The position numbers and the translations under genes are program-made. Of a DNA stretch of 64,000 bases, positions 1-8,062 are shown one piece after another. The stretch is from an uncultured Actinomycetes bacterium. Its GTDB lineage: Bacteria > Actinomycetota > Acidimicrobiia > Acidimicrobiales > Acidimicrobilacustridaceae. The notes beneath the pieces were generated by a model that was not told the origin of the DNA, ran no database searches, and was given only the letters and a program-made list of their open reading frames with translations. The first letter of the stretch is position 1; each line of letters opens with the position of its first letter. Location: positions 499,753 through 563,752 of the forward strand of contig CAVPCW010000011.1 in NCBI GenBank assembly GCA_963702555.1, in the 5' to 3' direction.

Positions 1-979
1 GCTCGGGGTCGAGTATCCGGATCTCGGTGTCTCGGTAGCCGCGCCCGACGCTGCCCGGGTGCAGGAGCCATTCGTCGCCGCGCATCGCCGCCAGGCCGAG
101 GCCCTCGGTCATGCCGTAGGCCATGAAGAAGCGCTCGGCGCCGAGGAGGTCGATCCACCGTCGCACGAGCGAGGGGGCGATGGCAGCCGCACCTTGGAGC
201 ACCCACACCAGCGAACTGAGGTCCCGGTCGTCCACGCCGGGCAGGTCGGCGATGCGACTCAGCATCGTCGGGGTGGCGGTGAAGGTGGTCACCCTGTGGC
301 GTTCGACGAGGTCGACGAGGCGACCGGCGTCGAAGCGTTCCAGCAGCACGAGGCGGTCGCCGGCGAGCAGCGAGGCGAGGGTGGCGAAACCGTTGGTGTG
401 GTAGAGCGGAGCCGCAACCAGCACGATCTGGGGAGTCGGGACCTCGATCCACCCGCTCACGAAGGGCTCGACCGGCTCCCATCGCGCCGGGCGCTCGATG
501 ACGATCACCTTGGGCGTGCCGGTGGAGCCGCTGCTGCAGATCCCGTGGGTCTGTGGGGACACGGCGTCGGACACGAGGTCGTCGGGCCCGTCGATCGTGG
601 CGGCGAGCCATGCGAGGTCGTCGGGGCCGACGTCGATCGCGGCATCGATGACCTGGAGCACCCGTTCGCACTCCCAGTCGGGCAGGTCCCACCGCACGGG
701 AACCGGCACCGCTCCGAGCTTCCACGTCGCCAGCACGGTCTGGACGAGCTCGGGTGAGTTGACCAGTCGAACCGAGACACGGTCACCCGGTCCGACCCCT
801 CGGCCGCGCAGCGCCAGCGCGATCTGGCGGCCCCGGCGGTCCAGGTCGGCCCAGGTGAACTGCTGCTCGGTGCCGTCGACAGCGGCGACGACGAGCGCGA
901 TCTCCTCGGGTCGGTCGCGGGCGAGGTCGGAGACCCGCTGTCCGTAGGAGGGCGCCTCGGGGGCCGTGGCGTCGCTCAT
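1..979 (-). CDS. AMP-dependent acyl-CoA synthetase/ligase, N-terminal ~326 aa (C-terminus lies beyond the window start)
   Basis: Own translation of the minus strand from ATG at 979-977 gives MSDATAPEAPSYGQRVSDLARDRPEE... It contains the AMP-binding motifs SSGSTGTPK (about 520-545) and YGMTEG (about 100-120). The frame stays open to position 1, so it is absent from the start-to-stop ORF track. Plus-strand ORFs here are Arg/Gly-rich shadows. Confidence 0.8.
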   Translation of the reverse strand, partial: MSDATAPEAPSYGQRVSDLARDRPEEIALVVAAVDGTEQQFTWADLDRRGRQIALALRGRGVGPGDRVSVRLVNSPELVQTVLATWKLGAVPVPVRWDLPDWECERVLQVIDAAIDVGPDDLAWLAATIDGPDDLVSDAVSPQTHGICSSGSTGTPKVIVIERPARWEPVEPFVSGWIEVPTPQIVLVAAPLYHTNGFATLASLLAGDRLVLLERFDAGRLVDLVERHRVTTFTATPTMLSRIADLPGVDDRDLSSLVWVLQGAAAIAPSLVRRWIDLLGAERFFMAYGMTEGLGLAAMRGDEWLLHPGSVGRGYRDTEIRILDPE

Positions 980-1036
980 CGTCCGTTGGCCCTCTCTGGC
1001 GCGACCGGCGTCACGACGGGGTGAGGCGCACCGGGC

Positions 1037-1801
1037 CTACTTCGGGGGGAAGCGCAGGGCGCCGTCGAGGCGGATGTTCTCGCCGTTGAGGTAGCTGTTG
1101 CGGGCGATGTGCTCGACGAGCAGCCCGAACTCCTCGGGGCGGCCCATCCGCTTCGGGTTGATGATGCTGGACACGAGGTGGTCGCGGAACGCCTCGGGCG
1201 CGCCCATCATGAGCGGGGTGCCCATGGTGCCGGGGGCGATGGCGCAGACGCGCACGCCGAGTGCGGCGAGGTCGCGGGCGAGCGGGAGGGTCATGCCGAG
1301 GATCGCCGCCTTGGCCGCCCCGTAGGCGATCTGGCCGGTCTGGCCCTCGATGCCGGCGATCGAGGCGGTGTTGACCACCACGCCGCGCTGACCGTCCTCG
1401 TCGGGCTCGTTGGCCGCCATGGCCGAGGCGACGAGACGGGTGACGTTGAACGTGCCGAACGCGTTCAACGTCATGACGCCCTTGAAGGCCTCCATGTCGT
1501 GGGGTGCGCCGTCGCGACCGACGGTGCGGGCGCTGATGCCCCCGCCGGCGACGTTGACCACCAGTGACAGCGGACCGAGGGCCTGGGCGGCCTCGATCGA
1601 GCGGGCCACGTCGGCGTCGTCGTTGACGTCGCCACCCACGGCGGCTCCCGAAGGCAGTGTGGCTGCGAGGGCCGCGGCCCCCGCATCGTCACGGTCGAAC
1701 ACGACCACGCCCATCCCGACGTCGGCCAGCCGTTGCACGGTCGCCGCGCCGAGCCCACCGGAACCGCCGGTCACGATCGCGGAGCGTCCAGTCAGTTCCA
1801 C
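1037..1801 (-). CDS. Short-chain dehydrogenase/reductase, 3-hydroxyacyl-CoA dehydrogenase-like
   Basis: 254-aa ORF with a GTG start preceded by GGGGGA. It has the Rossmann motif TGGSGGLG and SDR-like length and composition. Confidence 0.85.
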   Translation of the reverse strand: MELTGRSAIVTGGSGGLGAATVQRLADVGMGVVVFDRDDAGAAALAATLPSGAAVGGDVNDDADVARSIEAAQALGPLSLVVNVAGGGISARTVGRDGAPHDMEAFKGVMTLNAFGTFNVTRLVASAMAANEPDEDGQRGVVVNTASIAGIEGQTGQIAYGAAKAAILGMTLPLARDLAALGVRVCAIAPGTMGTPLMMGAPEAFRDHLVSSIINPKRMGRPEEFGLLVEHIARNSYLNGENIRLDGALRFPPK

Positions 1802-1840
1802 AGTTCCCCCAGATGTCGTGGCCGCCCGGGCGGGCCTCGG

Positions 1841-1857
1841 ATGACGTGAGTGTCAGA
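1841..1857. promoter_or_regulatory. Candidate operator box ATGACGTGAGTGTCAGA (TGAC-N6-GTCAGA)
   Basis: Lies 40 nt upstream of the SDR start at 1801. It matches the recurrent box family, and an extra GTCAGATC half-site copy follows at 1867-1874. Confidence 0.5.
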
Positions 1858-1901
1858 TCATAGGGGCGTCAGATCCTGCCCCGTGGGTCGAGATGCCTCG
1901 A

Positions 1902-2651
1902 TCAGCGTCCGGTCCACCGGGGCTCGCGCTTCTCCATGAACGCGGCGGCACCTTCGCGGGCGTCGGCGCTGCCGAAGACGCTCTGCATCTCGTCGGGTGA
2001 GGCCATGGCGTCGGGGGCGGCGGCGGCTCGGCGCATCAGCTTCTTGGTGAGCTGCACCCCGAGGGGCCCGTTGGCGGCGATCGTCTCGGCCAGCTCGAGC
2101 GCGACGGTCCTCAGCTCGTCGGCGGGGGCCACCCGGTTCACGAGGCCCAGGTGCTTCGCTCGTTCGGCGTCGATGTACTCCCCGGTGAGGCCGATCTCGA
2201 GGGCCAGTGCCATGGGGATCCGGGTGCTGAGCACGGTGCCCCCGCCGGCGGCGTAGAGCCCCCGCTTCACCTCGGGCAGCCCGAAGCGGGCATGGTCGGC
2301 GGCGACCACGAGGTCGCAGTTGAGGACCAGCTCGAAGCCCCCACCGACGGCGGCGCCGTTGACAGCGGCGACGATGGGCTTGGGGTAGGTGCCACTCATG
2401 AGGGCGCCGAAGGCGGGGCTGAGCTTCCCCGGGTCCTTGCCCTCTCCGAAGGCCTTGAGGTCCATCCCCGCGCAGAAGGCCTTCTCGCCGGCACCGGTGA
2501 GCACGACGACGCGGGCGTCGACGTCGTCGAGGCACTCCTGGAGGGCCACGCCCATCTCGGCCATCAGCTCGGGGCTGAGGGCATTGCGCGCCTCGGGACG
2601 GTTCAGGGTCAGGACCTCGACCGTTCCGATGCGTTCACGTTCGACCAACAC
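1902..2651 (-). CDS. Enoyl-CoA hydratase/isomerase (crotonase fold)
   Basis: 249-aa ORF. It shows VEVLTLNRPEARNAL, FCAGMDL and other crotonase hallmarks. Confidence 0.9.
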   Translation of the reverse strand: MLVERERIGTVEVLTLNRPEARNALSPELMAEMGVALQECLDDVDARVVVLTGAGEKAFCAGMDLKAFGEGKDPGKLSPAFGALMSGTYPKPIVAAVNGAAVGGGFELVLNCDLVVAADHARFGLPEVKRGLYAAGGGTVLSTRIPMALALEIGLTGEYIDAERAKHLGLVNRVAPADELRTVALELAETIAANGPLGVQLTKKLMRRAAAAPDAMASPDEMQSVFGSADAREGAAAFMEKREPRWTGR

Positions 2652-2772
2652 TGCCGTCCTCCTCGTTCTCGTCCTCGTCGACCGGTTCGGACGCGGGGTC
2701 GTCGGGCATCCCGTCGAACGTGGACGCCACCGGGGGCAGATGGATCCCGTCGGCGACGGTCACGGACCCACT

Positions 2773-2789
2773 TCTGACATTGGTGTCAT
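2773..2789. promoter_or_regulatory. Candidate operator box TCTGACATTGGTGTCAT
   Basis: Lies in the divergent region between the hydratase (start 2651) and the ACAD pair (start 2924). Inverted repeat of the TGAC-N6-GTCA family. Confidence 0.5.
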
Positions 2790-2861
2790 GTGGGCAGCGT
2801 AGCCATCGATCCCGGGGTGGCGGAGAGGGCGGCGAGTGAGGTGCGATGGCGGAGCGCGTAC

Positions 2862-2878
2862 CTGACACAGCTGTTAGG
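2862..2878. promoter_or_regulatory. Candidate operator box CTGACACAGCTGTTAGG
   Basis: Second box in the same divergent region, about 45 nt upstream of the ACAD start at 2924. Confidence 0.5.
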
Positions 2879-2923
2879 TTCTCGTTCCGCGCCAGGGGAC
2901 GTCGACGCTCCGGGCGGTCGAGC

Positions 2924-4069
2924 ATGGGGAGGTTCGGGGTGGAGGTCACCCTCACCGACGACCAGGAGTTCTTCCGGGACACCACGCAGCGGTTCCTGGC
3001 CGCGGAGTGCCCGCTGACCACCGTGCGGTCGCTGACCGCGTCCGACGCGGGCTTCGAGGCCTCGTACTGGCGGCAGGGCGCGGAGCTGGGATGGACCTCG
3101 CTGCTCGTCCCCGAAGCCCTCGGTGGCGGCAGCATCAGCGGTAGCGGGGTGGTGGACCTCACCATCGTGGCCGACGCCTTCGGTGGCCACGCTGCGCCCG
3201 GACCGCTGGTGCCCACGAACGTGGTGGCGGCCGCGGTGGCCCGTAGCGGCACCGACGCCCAGCGCGACGCCGTCCTCGCACCCGTCATCGCGGGCGACCT
3301 CGTCGTCGCCTGGTGCGGCGCCGAGTCGGCGACCGTGGGCGGCCCGCCGACCGTGACGGCCGTCGCGGCAGGCGACGGGGTCACCCTCTCGGGGACGGCC
3401 GGTCCGGTCGAGGCCGGTGCCCAGGCCGCACAGCTCCTGGTCACGGCCCAGACCTCCGACGGTCCCGCCCAGTTCCTCGTCCCGGTCGACACCGTCGGGG
3501 TCACCGTGACCCCGCTGCAGAGCGTCGACCTCGTCCGCCGCTTCGCCCGGGTCAGCTTCGACGGCGTGGTCGTACCCGCCTCGGCCCGGGTCGGCGCGTC
3601 GTCGTCGGCCGACGACGTCGAGCGCCAACTCCAGCTGGCGCTCGTGATGCAGACCGCCGAGATGGTCGGCGCCGCCCAGTGGGCCTTCGACGTGACGGTC
3701 GAATGGGCCTTCGATCGCTACTCCTTCGGCCGGCCACTGGCCTCGTACCAGGAGCTCAAGCACCGGTTCGCCGACATGAAGACGTGGCTGGAGGCCAGCC
3801 ACGCCCTCGCCGCCGCGCTGGCCCGCGAGGTCCAGGAGGACCAGTCGTCGGCGGTCGAGACGGCCAGCGCCGCCAAGGCCTACATCGGGCAGTACCTCGC
3901 CGAGCTCATGCAGGACTGCGTGCAGATGCACGGCGGCATCGGCCTGACCTCCGATCACGACCTGCACCTCTTCCTCCGCCGGGTCGTGGCCGACCGCTCC
4001 ACCTACGGCACCCCGGCTGACCACCGCCAGCGCATTGCCGCGCTCCACGCCGACCGACCGGCGGCGTGA
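2924..4069 (+). CDS. Acyl-CoA dehydrogenase family protein, beta-type partner of a tandem pair
   Basis: ORF 2846-4069; the likely start is ATG 2924 (MGRFGVEVTLTDDQEFF). ACAD-like throughout. The C-terminus is QMHGGIGLTSDHDLHLFLRR and lacks the GGTxE..RN.I.ERVLG.PRE motif of its neighbour. Paralog of 29322-30479. Confidence 0.85.
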   Translation: MGRFGVEVTLTDDQEFFRDTTQRFLAAECPLTTVRSLTASDAGFEASYWRQGAELGWTSLLVPEALGGGSISGSGVVDLTIVADAFGGHAAPGPLVPTNVVAAAVARSGTDAQRDAVLAPVIAGDLVVAWCGAESATVGGPPTVTAVAAGDGVTLSGTAGPVEAGAQAAQLLVTAQTSDGPAQFLVPVDTVGVTVTPLQSVDLVRRFARVSFDGVVVPASARVGASSSADDVERQLQLALVMQTAEMVGAAQWAFDVTVEWAFDRYSFGRPLASYQELKHRFADMKTWLEASHALAAALAREVQEDQSSAVETASAAKAYIGQYLAELMQDCVQMHGGIGLTSDHDLHLFLRRVVADRSTYGTPADHRQRIAALHADRPAA

Positions 4070-4115
4070 TGGCGGCAGACCACCTTCCGACCGAGACGAG
4101 GGAGAACCGGTGACG

Positions 4116-5387
4116 ATGGACACCGAGCAGGAGAGCGTGGAGGCGTTCGCAGCCCGCGCCGAGGCCTGGCTCGCCGACAACATGCCCCGCCGCGACCCGG
4201 ACTTTCACCTCGCCATGCGGGGGTTCGGGTCCGACGAGGAGGAGCTGGCCACGGTGCAGCGCGCTCGGGACCTGCAGCGCACCTTGTTCGACGGCGGCTT
4301 CGCCGGCATCTGCTTCCCCCGGGAGTACGGCGGGCAGGGCCTGTCGCCGGCCCATCAACAGGCCTTCAACCGGGTCTGTGCCCCGTACGAGATGCCGAGC
4401 ATCATCAACGTGCCCACGTTCGTGCCGTGTGCCGCGATCCTGCTCGAGTTCGGCACCGAGGCGCAGAAGCAGCAACACCTCCCGGCCATCCTGAGGGGGG
4501 AGGAGCTGTGGATGCAGTTCCTCTCCGAGCCGAGCGGCGGCTCCGACGTCGCGAGCGCCCTCACCACGGCGGTGCGCGACGGCGACGAGTGGGTGGTCAA
4601 CGGCTCCAAGGTCTGGACCACCGGGGCCTGGTGGTCCGACTACGGCCTGTGCCTCCTGCGCACCAACTGGGAGGTGCCCAAGCACAAGGGCCTGTCCGTG
4701 TTCATCATCAAGATCCGCCAGCCCGACATCGAGGTGCAGCGCATCGAGATGATCAATGGCTCGCGTGAGTTCTGCCAGGAGTTCATGACCGATCTGCGCA
4801 TCTCCGACGACCGTCGGGTGGGGGAGATCGACGACGGGTGGACGATCGGCCGCCGCTGGATGTTCCACGAGCGCAACGCCATGGGCGGAGGCTCTCCGTT
4901 CGTGAGCGGACCGAGCCCCGGTCACGCCGCTCCCACCGGCGGAGAGGACAGCCTCGTCCGGCTGGCCCGCGAGACCGGCCAGCTCGACGACCCCAGGGTC
5001 CGGGATCTCATCGGCGAGGCCCGTGCCCTGCAGCGGGCCGGCACCGAGCTGAGCAAGCGAATCGGCGCGGGAATGGCCACCGGTGCCATCCCTGACACCG
5101 CCGCGGCCATCGCCCGGCTGATGAGCGCCGTGATCAGCGAACGCACCACCAGCATCCGCCTGGAGCTCGCAGGATCATCGGCGGCGGCGTGGAGCGCCGA
5201 CGATCCGGCCGCCGACGCCGGAGTGGGCTATCTCATGCGCCAGACCAACAGCATCGCGGGCGGCACCACCGAGATGGCCCGCAACAACATCAGCGAGCGG
5301 GTGCTCGGCATGCCCCGCGAGCGCACGCTCGACAAGGACGTCGCCTTCCGCGACGTCCCCAAGGGCCCGCCCGCCGGCGGTTCCTAG
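4116..5387 (+). CDS. Acyl-CoA dehydrogenase, alpha-type partner
   Basis: ORF 4035-5387; the likely start is ATG 4116 or GTG 4110, behind GAGGGAGA. Motifs FLSEPSGGSDV, VVNGSKVW and AGGTTEMARNNISERVLGMPRE. Paralog of 30476-31762. Confidence 0.85.
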   Translation: MDTEQESVEAFAARAEAWLADNMPRRDPDFHLAMRGFGSDEEELATVQRARDLQRTLFDGGFAGICFPREYGGQGLSPAHQQAFNRVCAPYEMPSIINVPTFVPCAAILLEFGTEAQKQQHLPAILRGEELWMQFLSEPSGGSDVASALTTAVRDGDEWVVNGSKVWTTGAWWSDYGLCLLRTNWEVPKHKGLSVFIIKIRQPDIEVQRIEMINGSREFCQEFMTDLRISDDRRVGEIDDGWTIGRRWMFHERNAMGGGSPFVSGPSPGHAAPTGGEDSLVRLARETGQLDDPRVRDLIGEARALQRAGTELSKRIGAGMATGAIPDTAAAIARLMSAVISERTTSIRLELAGSSAAAWSADDPAADAGVGYLMRQTNSIAGGTTEMARNNISERVLGMPRERTLDKDVAFRDVPKGPPAGGS

Positions 5388-5437
5388 CCTGCCCGCCGTC
5401 GGTCCCTGGCCCGGCGTCACGGGACGGACGGTTTCGG

Positions 5438-6646
5438 TCAGACCTTGACGTGCTCCTTCACGCCCATGAGTCGGGCCAGGTTGCCGCCCATGATCTTGGC
5501 CTTGTCCGTTTCGGTGAACTCGCTCAGTTCGTCGACGAAGGAGATCGGGTCGGCCAGTCCCTCGGGGTGCGGGTAGTCGGAGCCGAAGATCACGTTGTCG
5601 ACGCCGATCAGGTCGGCCAGCCCCCTCGGGTCGTCCTCGTGGAACGGGTGCACGTAGACGCACCGCTTGAAGACCTCGACGGGATCCTCCTCGAAGCTGG
5701 TGGGGTTGAACTTGTACGCGTGCTCCATCGAGGAGATCAGCGGTCGCACCCAGCCCGAGCCGTTCTCCACGGGGGCGAGGCGGAGGTCCGGGAAGCGGCT
5801 CAGCATCCCGTGGCCGATGGCCGACGCGATGGTGTCGGAGATGGCCCGTCCCCCGCCGCCGGTGATGGCCGCGAAGCCCGAGCCGCCCTTGAAGGGGAGG
5901 AACTCCCCGCCGCGTACGCCCTCCCACTCGTTGATGTAGCGCTGGTAGCCGCTGTCGCTGGCGTGCATGCCGACGAGGATGCCCGCCTCCTGGACCTTCT
6001 CCCAGAACGGGTCGAACTCGGGAAGGGCGAACGATCGTGAGGTCTGGAACCCGGGTACGGGGGCCGGCCGCACGAGGATGACCCTCGCGCCGCGCGCGAG
6101 CACCCACTCGAGCTCCTCGATGGCCTTCTCGACGACCGGGAGGGTGATCACCGGCGTCGGGAAGATGCGGTCGTCGAAGTTGAAGGTCCACTGCTCGTAC
6201 ATCCACTGGTTCAGTGCGTGGACCACGGCGTGGATCGCCAGCGGATCGTCGCGCAGGCGTTCCTCCACGAGGCTGGCCAGCGTCGGCCACATGAGCGAAC
6301 GGTCGATGCCCAGCTCGTCCATCAACTCGATGCGCGGACCGGGCTCCCGGAACGCCGGCGGCGACTCGATGGCCTTGCCCATGATCTCCCGGCGGGACTT
6401 GCCCTCGGGGTTCCCGATGCGGAAGTACTCCTCCTGGGCTCCCGGAGCCGCCACCTTGGCGAAGGTGGGGTTGGGGATGTAGTCGCTGATCTGGCCCTTG
6501 ACCGTGATCTTGGTGCGGCCCTTCACCTCGACGTAGTCGATGACGCCCTTGTAGTCGTCCGCGATGTACTTGGTGAGCGCGTCCGGGGTCTCGTACATGT
6601 GGTTGTCGCAGTCGAAGACCGGGAAGTCGAGCTGGCGTGAGGGCAT
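5438..6646 (-). CDS. Amidohydrolase_2 family metal-dependent hydrolase/decarboxylase-like protein
   Basis: ORF 5438-6694; the internal ATG at 6646 has an AGGGA RBS. Motifs FDCDNHMYE near the N-terminus and FGSDYPHPEG near the C-terminus. Confidence 0.85.
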   Translation of the reverse strand: MPSRQLDFPVFDCDNHMYETPDALTKYIADDYKGVIDYVEVKGRTKITVKGQISDYIPNPTFAKVAAPGAQEEYFRIGNPEGKSRREIMGKAIESPPAFREPGPRIELMDELGIDRSLMWPTLASLVEERLRDDPLAIHAVVHALNQWMYEQWTFNFDDRIFPTPVITLPVVEKAIEELEWVLARGARVILVRPAPVPGFQTSRSFALPEFDPFWEKVQEAGILVGMHASDSGYQRYINEWEGVRGGEFLPFKGGSGFAAITGGGGRAISDTIASAIGHGMLSRFPDLRLAPVENGSGWVRPLISSMEHAYKFNPTSFEEDPVEVFKRCVYVHPFHEDDPRGLADLIGVDNVIFGSDYPHPEGLADPISFVDELSEFTETDKAKIMGGNLARLMGVKEHVKV

Positions 6647-6703
6647 GGCAAGGGTCCCTTCTCGTGATGGCGCCGTCGCGGTGGCGTTCGTCACGAAGTG
6701 TAG

Positions 6704-6720
6704 ATGACGTGGCTGTTAGA
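6704..6720. promoter_or_regulatory. Candidate operator box ATGACGTGGCTGTTAGA
   Basis: Lies in the divergent region between the amidohydrolase (6646) and hypothetical gene 6822. With its flank (GTAGATGACGTG.CTGT.AGA) it is almost identical to the box at 40650. Confidence 0.55.
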
Positions 6721-6747
6721 GAACACTACCGCGAGCCCCGGCCGATG

Positions 6748-6764
6748 TCTAACATCGGCGTCAT
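6748..6764. promoter_or_regulatory. Candidate operator box TCTAACATCGGCGTCAT
   Basis: Second box in the same divergent region, in opposite orientation. It shares the spacer ATCGGC with the box at 29266. Confidence 0.55.
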
Positions 6765-6821
6765 GGATTCCGAACGCCCGCAGTCCGGTGTGGCCGCTCG
6801 ACCGACCGCACCCGGTCATCG

Positions 6822-7802
6822 GTGGTCGAGGTGACCGTCGAGCTCGTCGATCACCCGTGGTTCGCGACGTCGGTGCTGCGACCCGATCAGGACGTGCTCG
6901 ACCTGCTGGCGGCGCGTGCCGCCGAAGAAGGTGGTCGCGCGCCGTCCGACATGCCGAGGTTCCTCTTCGGGTACGTGCCGGTGCAGGTGTTCGACGACCT
7001 GTTCTCGGGCCGAGGTGACATCCCCGACCCGACGGCCCGCTGGCTGCTCTACCTCTCGGGGTACTTCGGGGGTCGTTGGCTGCGGGCCGCCATCGCGGCC
7101 GCTCAGCCCGAGGCACCCCTGGTCGCGTTCTCGGTCGAACCGACCGCTGAGGCCTTCGCCACGGCCATGAGCCGCGCGGCGCGGGCGGTCGAGGCGGCTG
7201 CCGCCGAGGACGCGACGGTGCTCGCCTTCGCGTGGTCGAGCCTGTTGGACGAGCCGCCGGCGGAGCCCGGCGGGACGGCGGTCCCTGGGCTGGTCGACTC
7301 GTTCGGCTACAACGCCGGCTACAACCTCGAGATCCTCGCCGCCCCGCCCGTGGGGCTCGCGGCCGCGCCGCACCACCGGGTGTCCTGCACCGGGCTCCTC
7401 CGATGTGCCTTCGCCACCCCCCGGCTCGCCGCCACCTCCCCCCTCGTGGCGGTGGCCGACGCGCTGAACGGGACCGATCCCGCCTATGGCGACGCGCGGG
7501 TAGTGCTGCAGCCGCTCCAGGACGCCGCGCTCCCCCGTGGGCGGTCGGTGTGGAGCACCGGGCTGTCGGTGCAGGGGTTCGACCAGGTCGACTACGACCA
7601 GTTGCTCGAGGTGAGCTCGTCGTTCCTCGAGACCGTCCAGGCCGCCGCGCTGACCATGGTCCGGGCCCACGTGACCGCCGACCCGACTGCCGCCCGCACC
7701 GGCGCACGGGCGGCGGCCGCCATGGTGGTGTGGCTCGATGCCTACATGGTCGGCCTCCTGGACGGGAGCGACGGGCCGACGCTTCCCCGGTTCGTCGGCT
7801 GA
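6822..7802 (+). CDS. Hypothetical protein, 326 aa, no family recognised
   Basis: GTG start. Third codon positions are strongly G/C-biased and the Ala/Leu/Asp/Val composition is ordinary. The overlapping minus-strand ORFs are Arg/Pro/Gly-rich shadows. Flanked by operator boxes and followed by a ferredoxin. Confidence 0.6.
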   Translation: MVEVTVELVDHPWFATSVLRPDQDVLDLLAARAAEEGGRAPSDMPRFLFGYVPVQVFDDLFSGRGDIPDPTARWLLYLSGYFGGRWLRAAIAAAQPEAPLVAFSVEPTAEAFATAMSRAARAVEAAAAEDATVLAFAWSSLLDEPPAEPGGTAVPGLVDSFGYNAGYNLEILAAPPVGLAAAPHHRVSCTGLLRCAFATPRLAATSPLVAVADALNGTDPAYGDARVVLQPLQDAALPRGRSVWSTGLSVQGFDQVDYDQLLEVSSSFLETVQAAALTMVRAHVTADPTAARTGARAAAAMVVWLDAYMVGLLDGSDGPTLPRFVG

Positions 7803-7819
7803 CCCGGCACGGGGGTGAT

Positions 7820-7836
7820 CTGACACCGACGTCAGC
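7820..7836. promoter_or_regulatory. Candidate operator box CTGACACCGACGTCAGC
   Basis: Lies 32 nt upstream of the ferredoxin ATG at 7868. Palindromic CTGAC-N6-GTCAG. Confidence 0.5.
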
Positions 7837-7867
7837 AAGAGCGGCTCCGGCGCGCTAGACAGGCGAG

Positions 7868-8062
7868 ATGCGAGTCGAGTTCGATCAAGAGGCCTGCACC
7901 GGTCATGGCCGGTGCTACGCCCTCGCTCCCGAGTTCTACGGCGCGGACGACGACGGCTACTGCGTGGACCCGAGCGGGGCCGTGCCCCCCGCGCTCGAGG
8001 CCGCGGCGCGCCGCGGCGCCTACAACTGCCCCGAGAACGCCATCACGATCGTCGAGGGTTAG
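7868..8062 (+). CDS. Small 3Fe-4S-type ferredoxin (P450 redox partner type)
   Basis: 64 aa. It has CTGHGRC ... NCP cluster ligands (CxxHxxC...CP), typical of actinobacterial P450-associated ferredoxins. Confidence 0.85.
   Translation: MRVEFDQEACTGHGRCYALAPEFYGADDDGYCVDPSGAVPPALEAAARRGAYNCPENAITIVEG

Noticed and set aside
59-947. Plus-strand ORFs 59-757, 123-404 and 498-947 at the window start
   Set aside because: Their composition is implausible (Arg/Gly/His-rich). They lie antisense to a minus-strand frame carrying clear AMP-binding ligase motifs that stays open to the window edge.
6691-7838. Two ~340-aa minus-strand ORFs overlapping hypothetical gene 6822-7802
   Set aside because: Both are extremely Arg/Pro/Gly-rich with no recognisable domains. 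The plus-strand frame has normal composition and G/C third-position bias.
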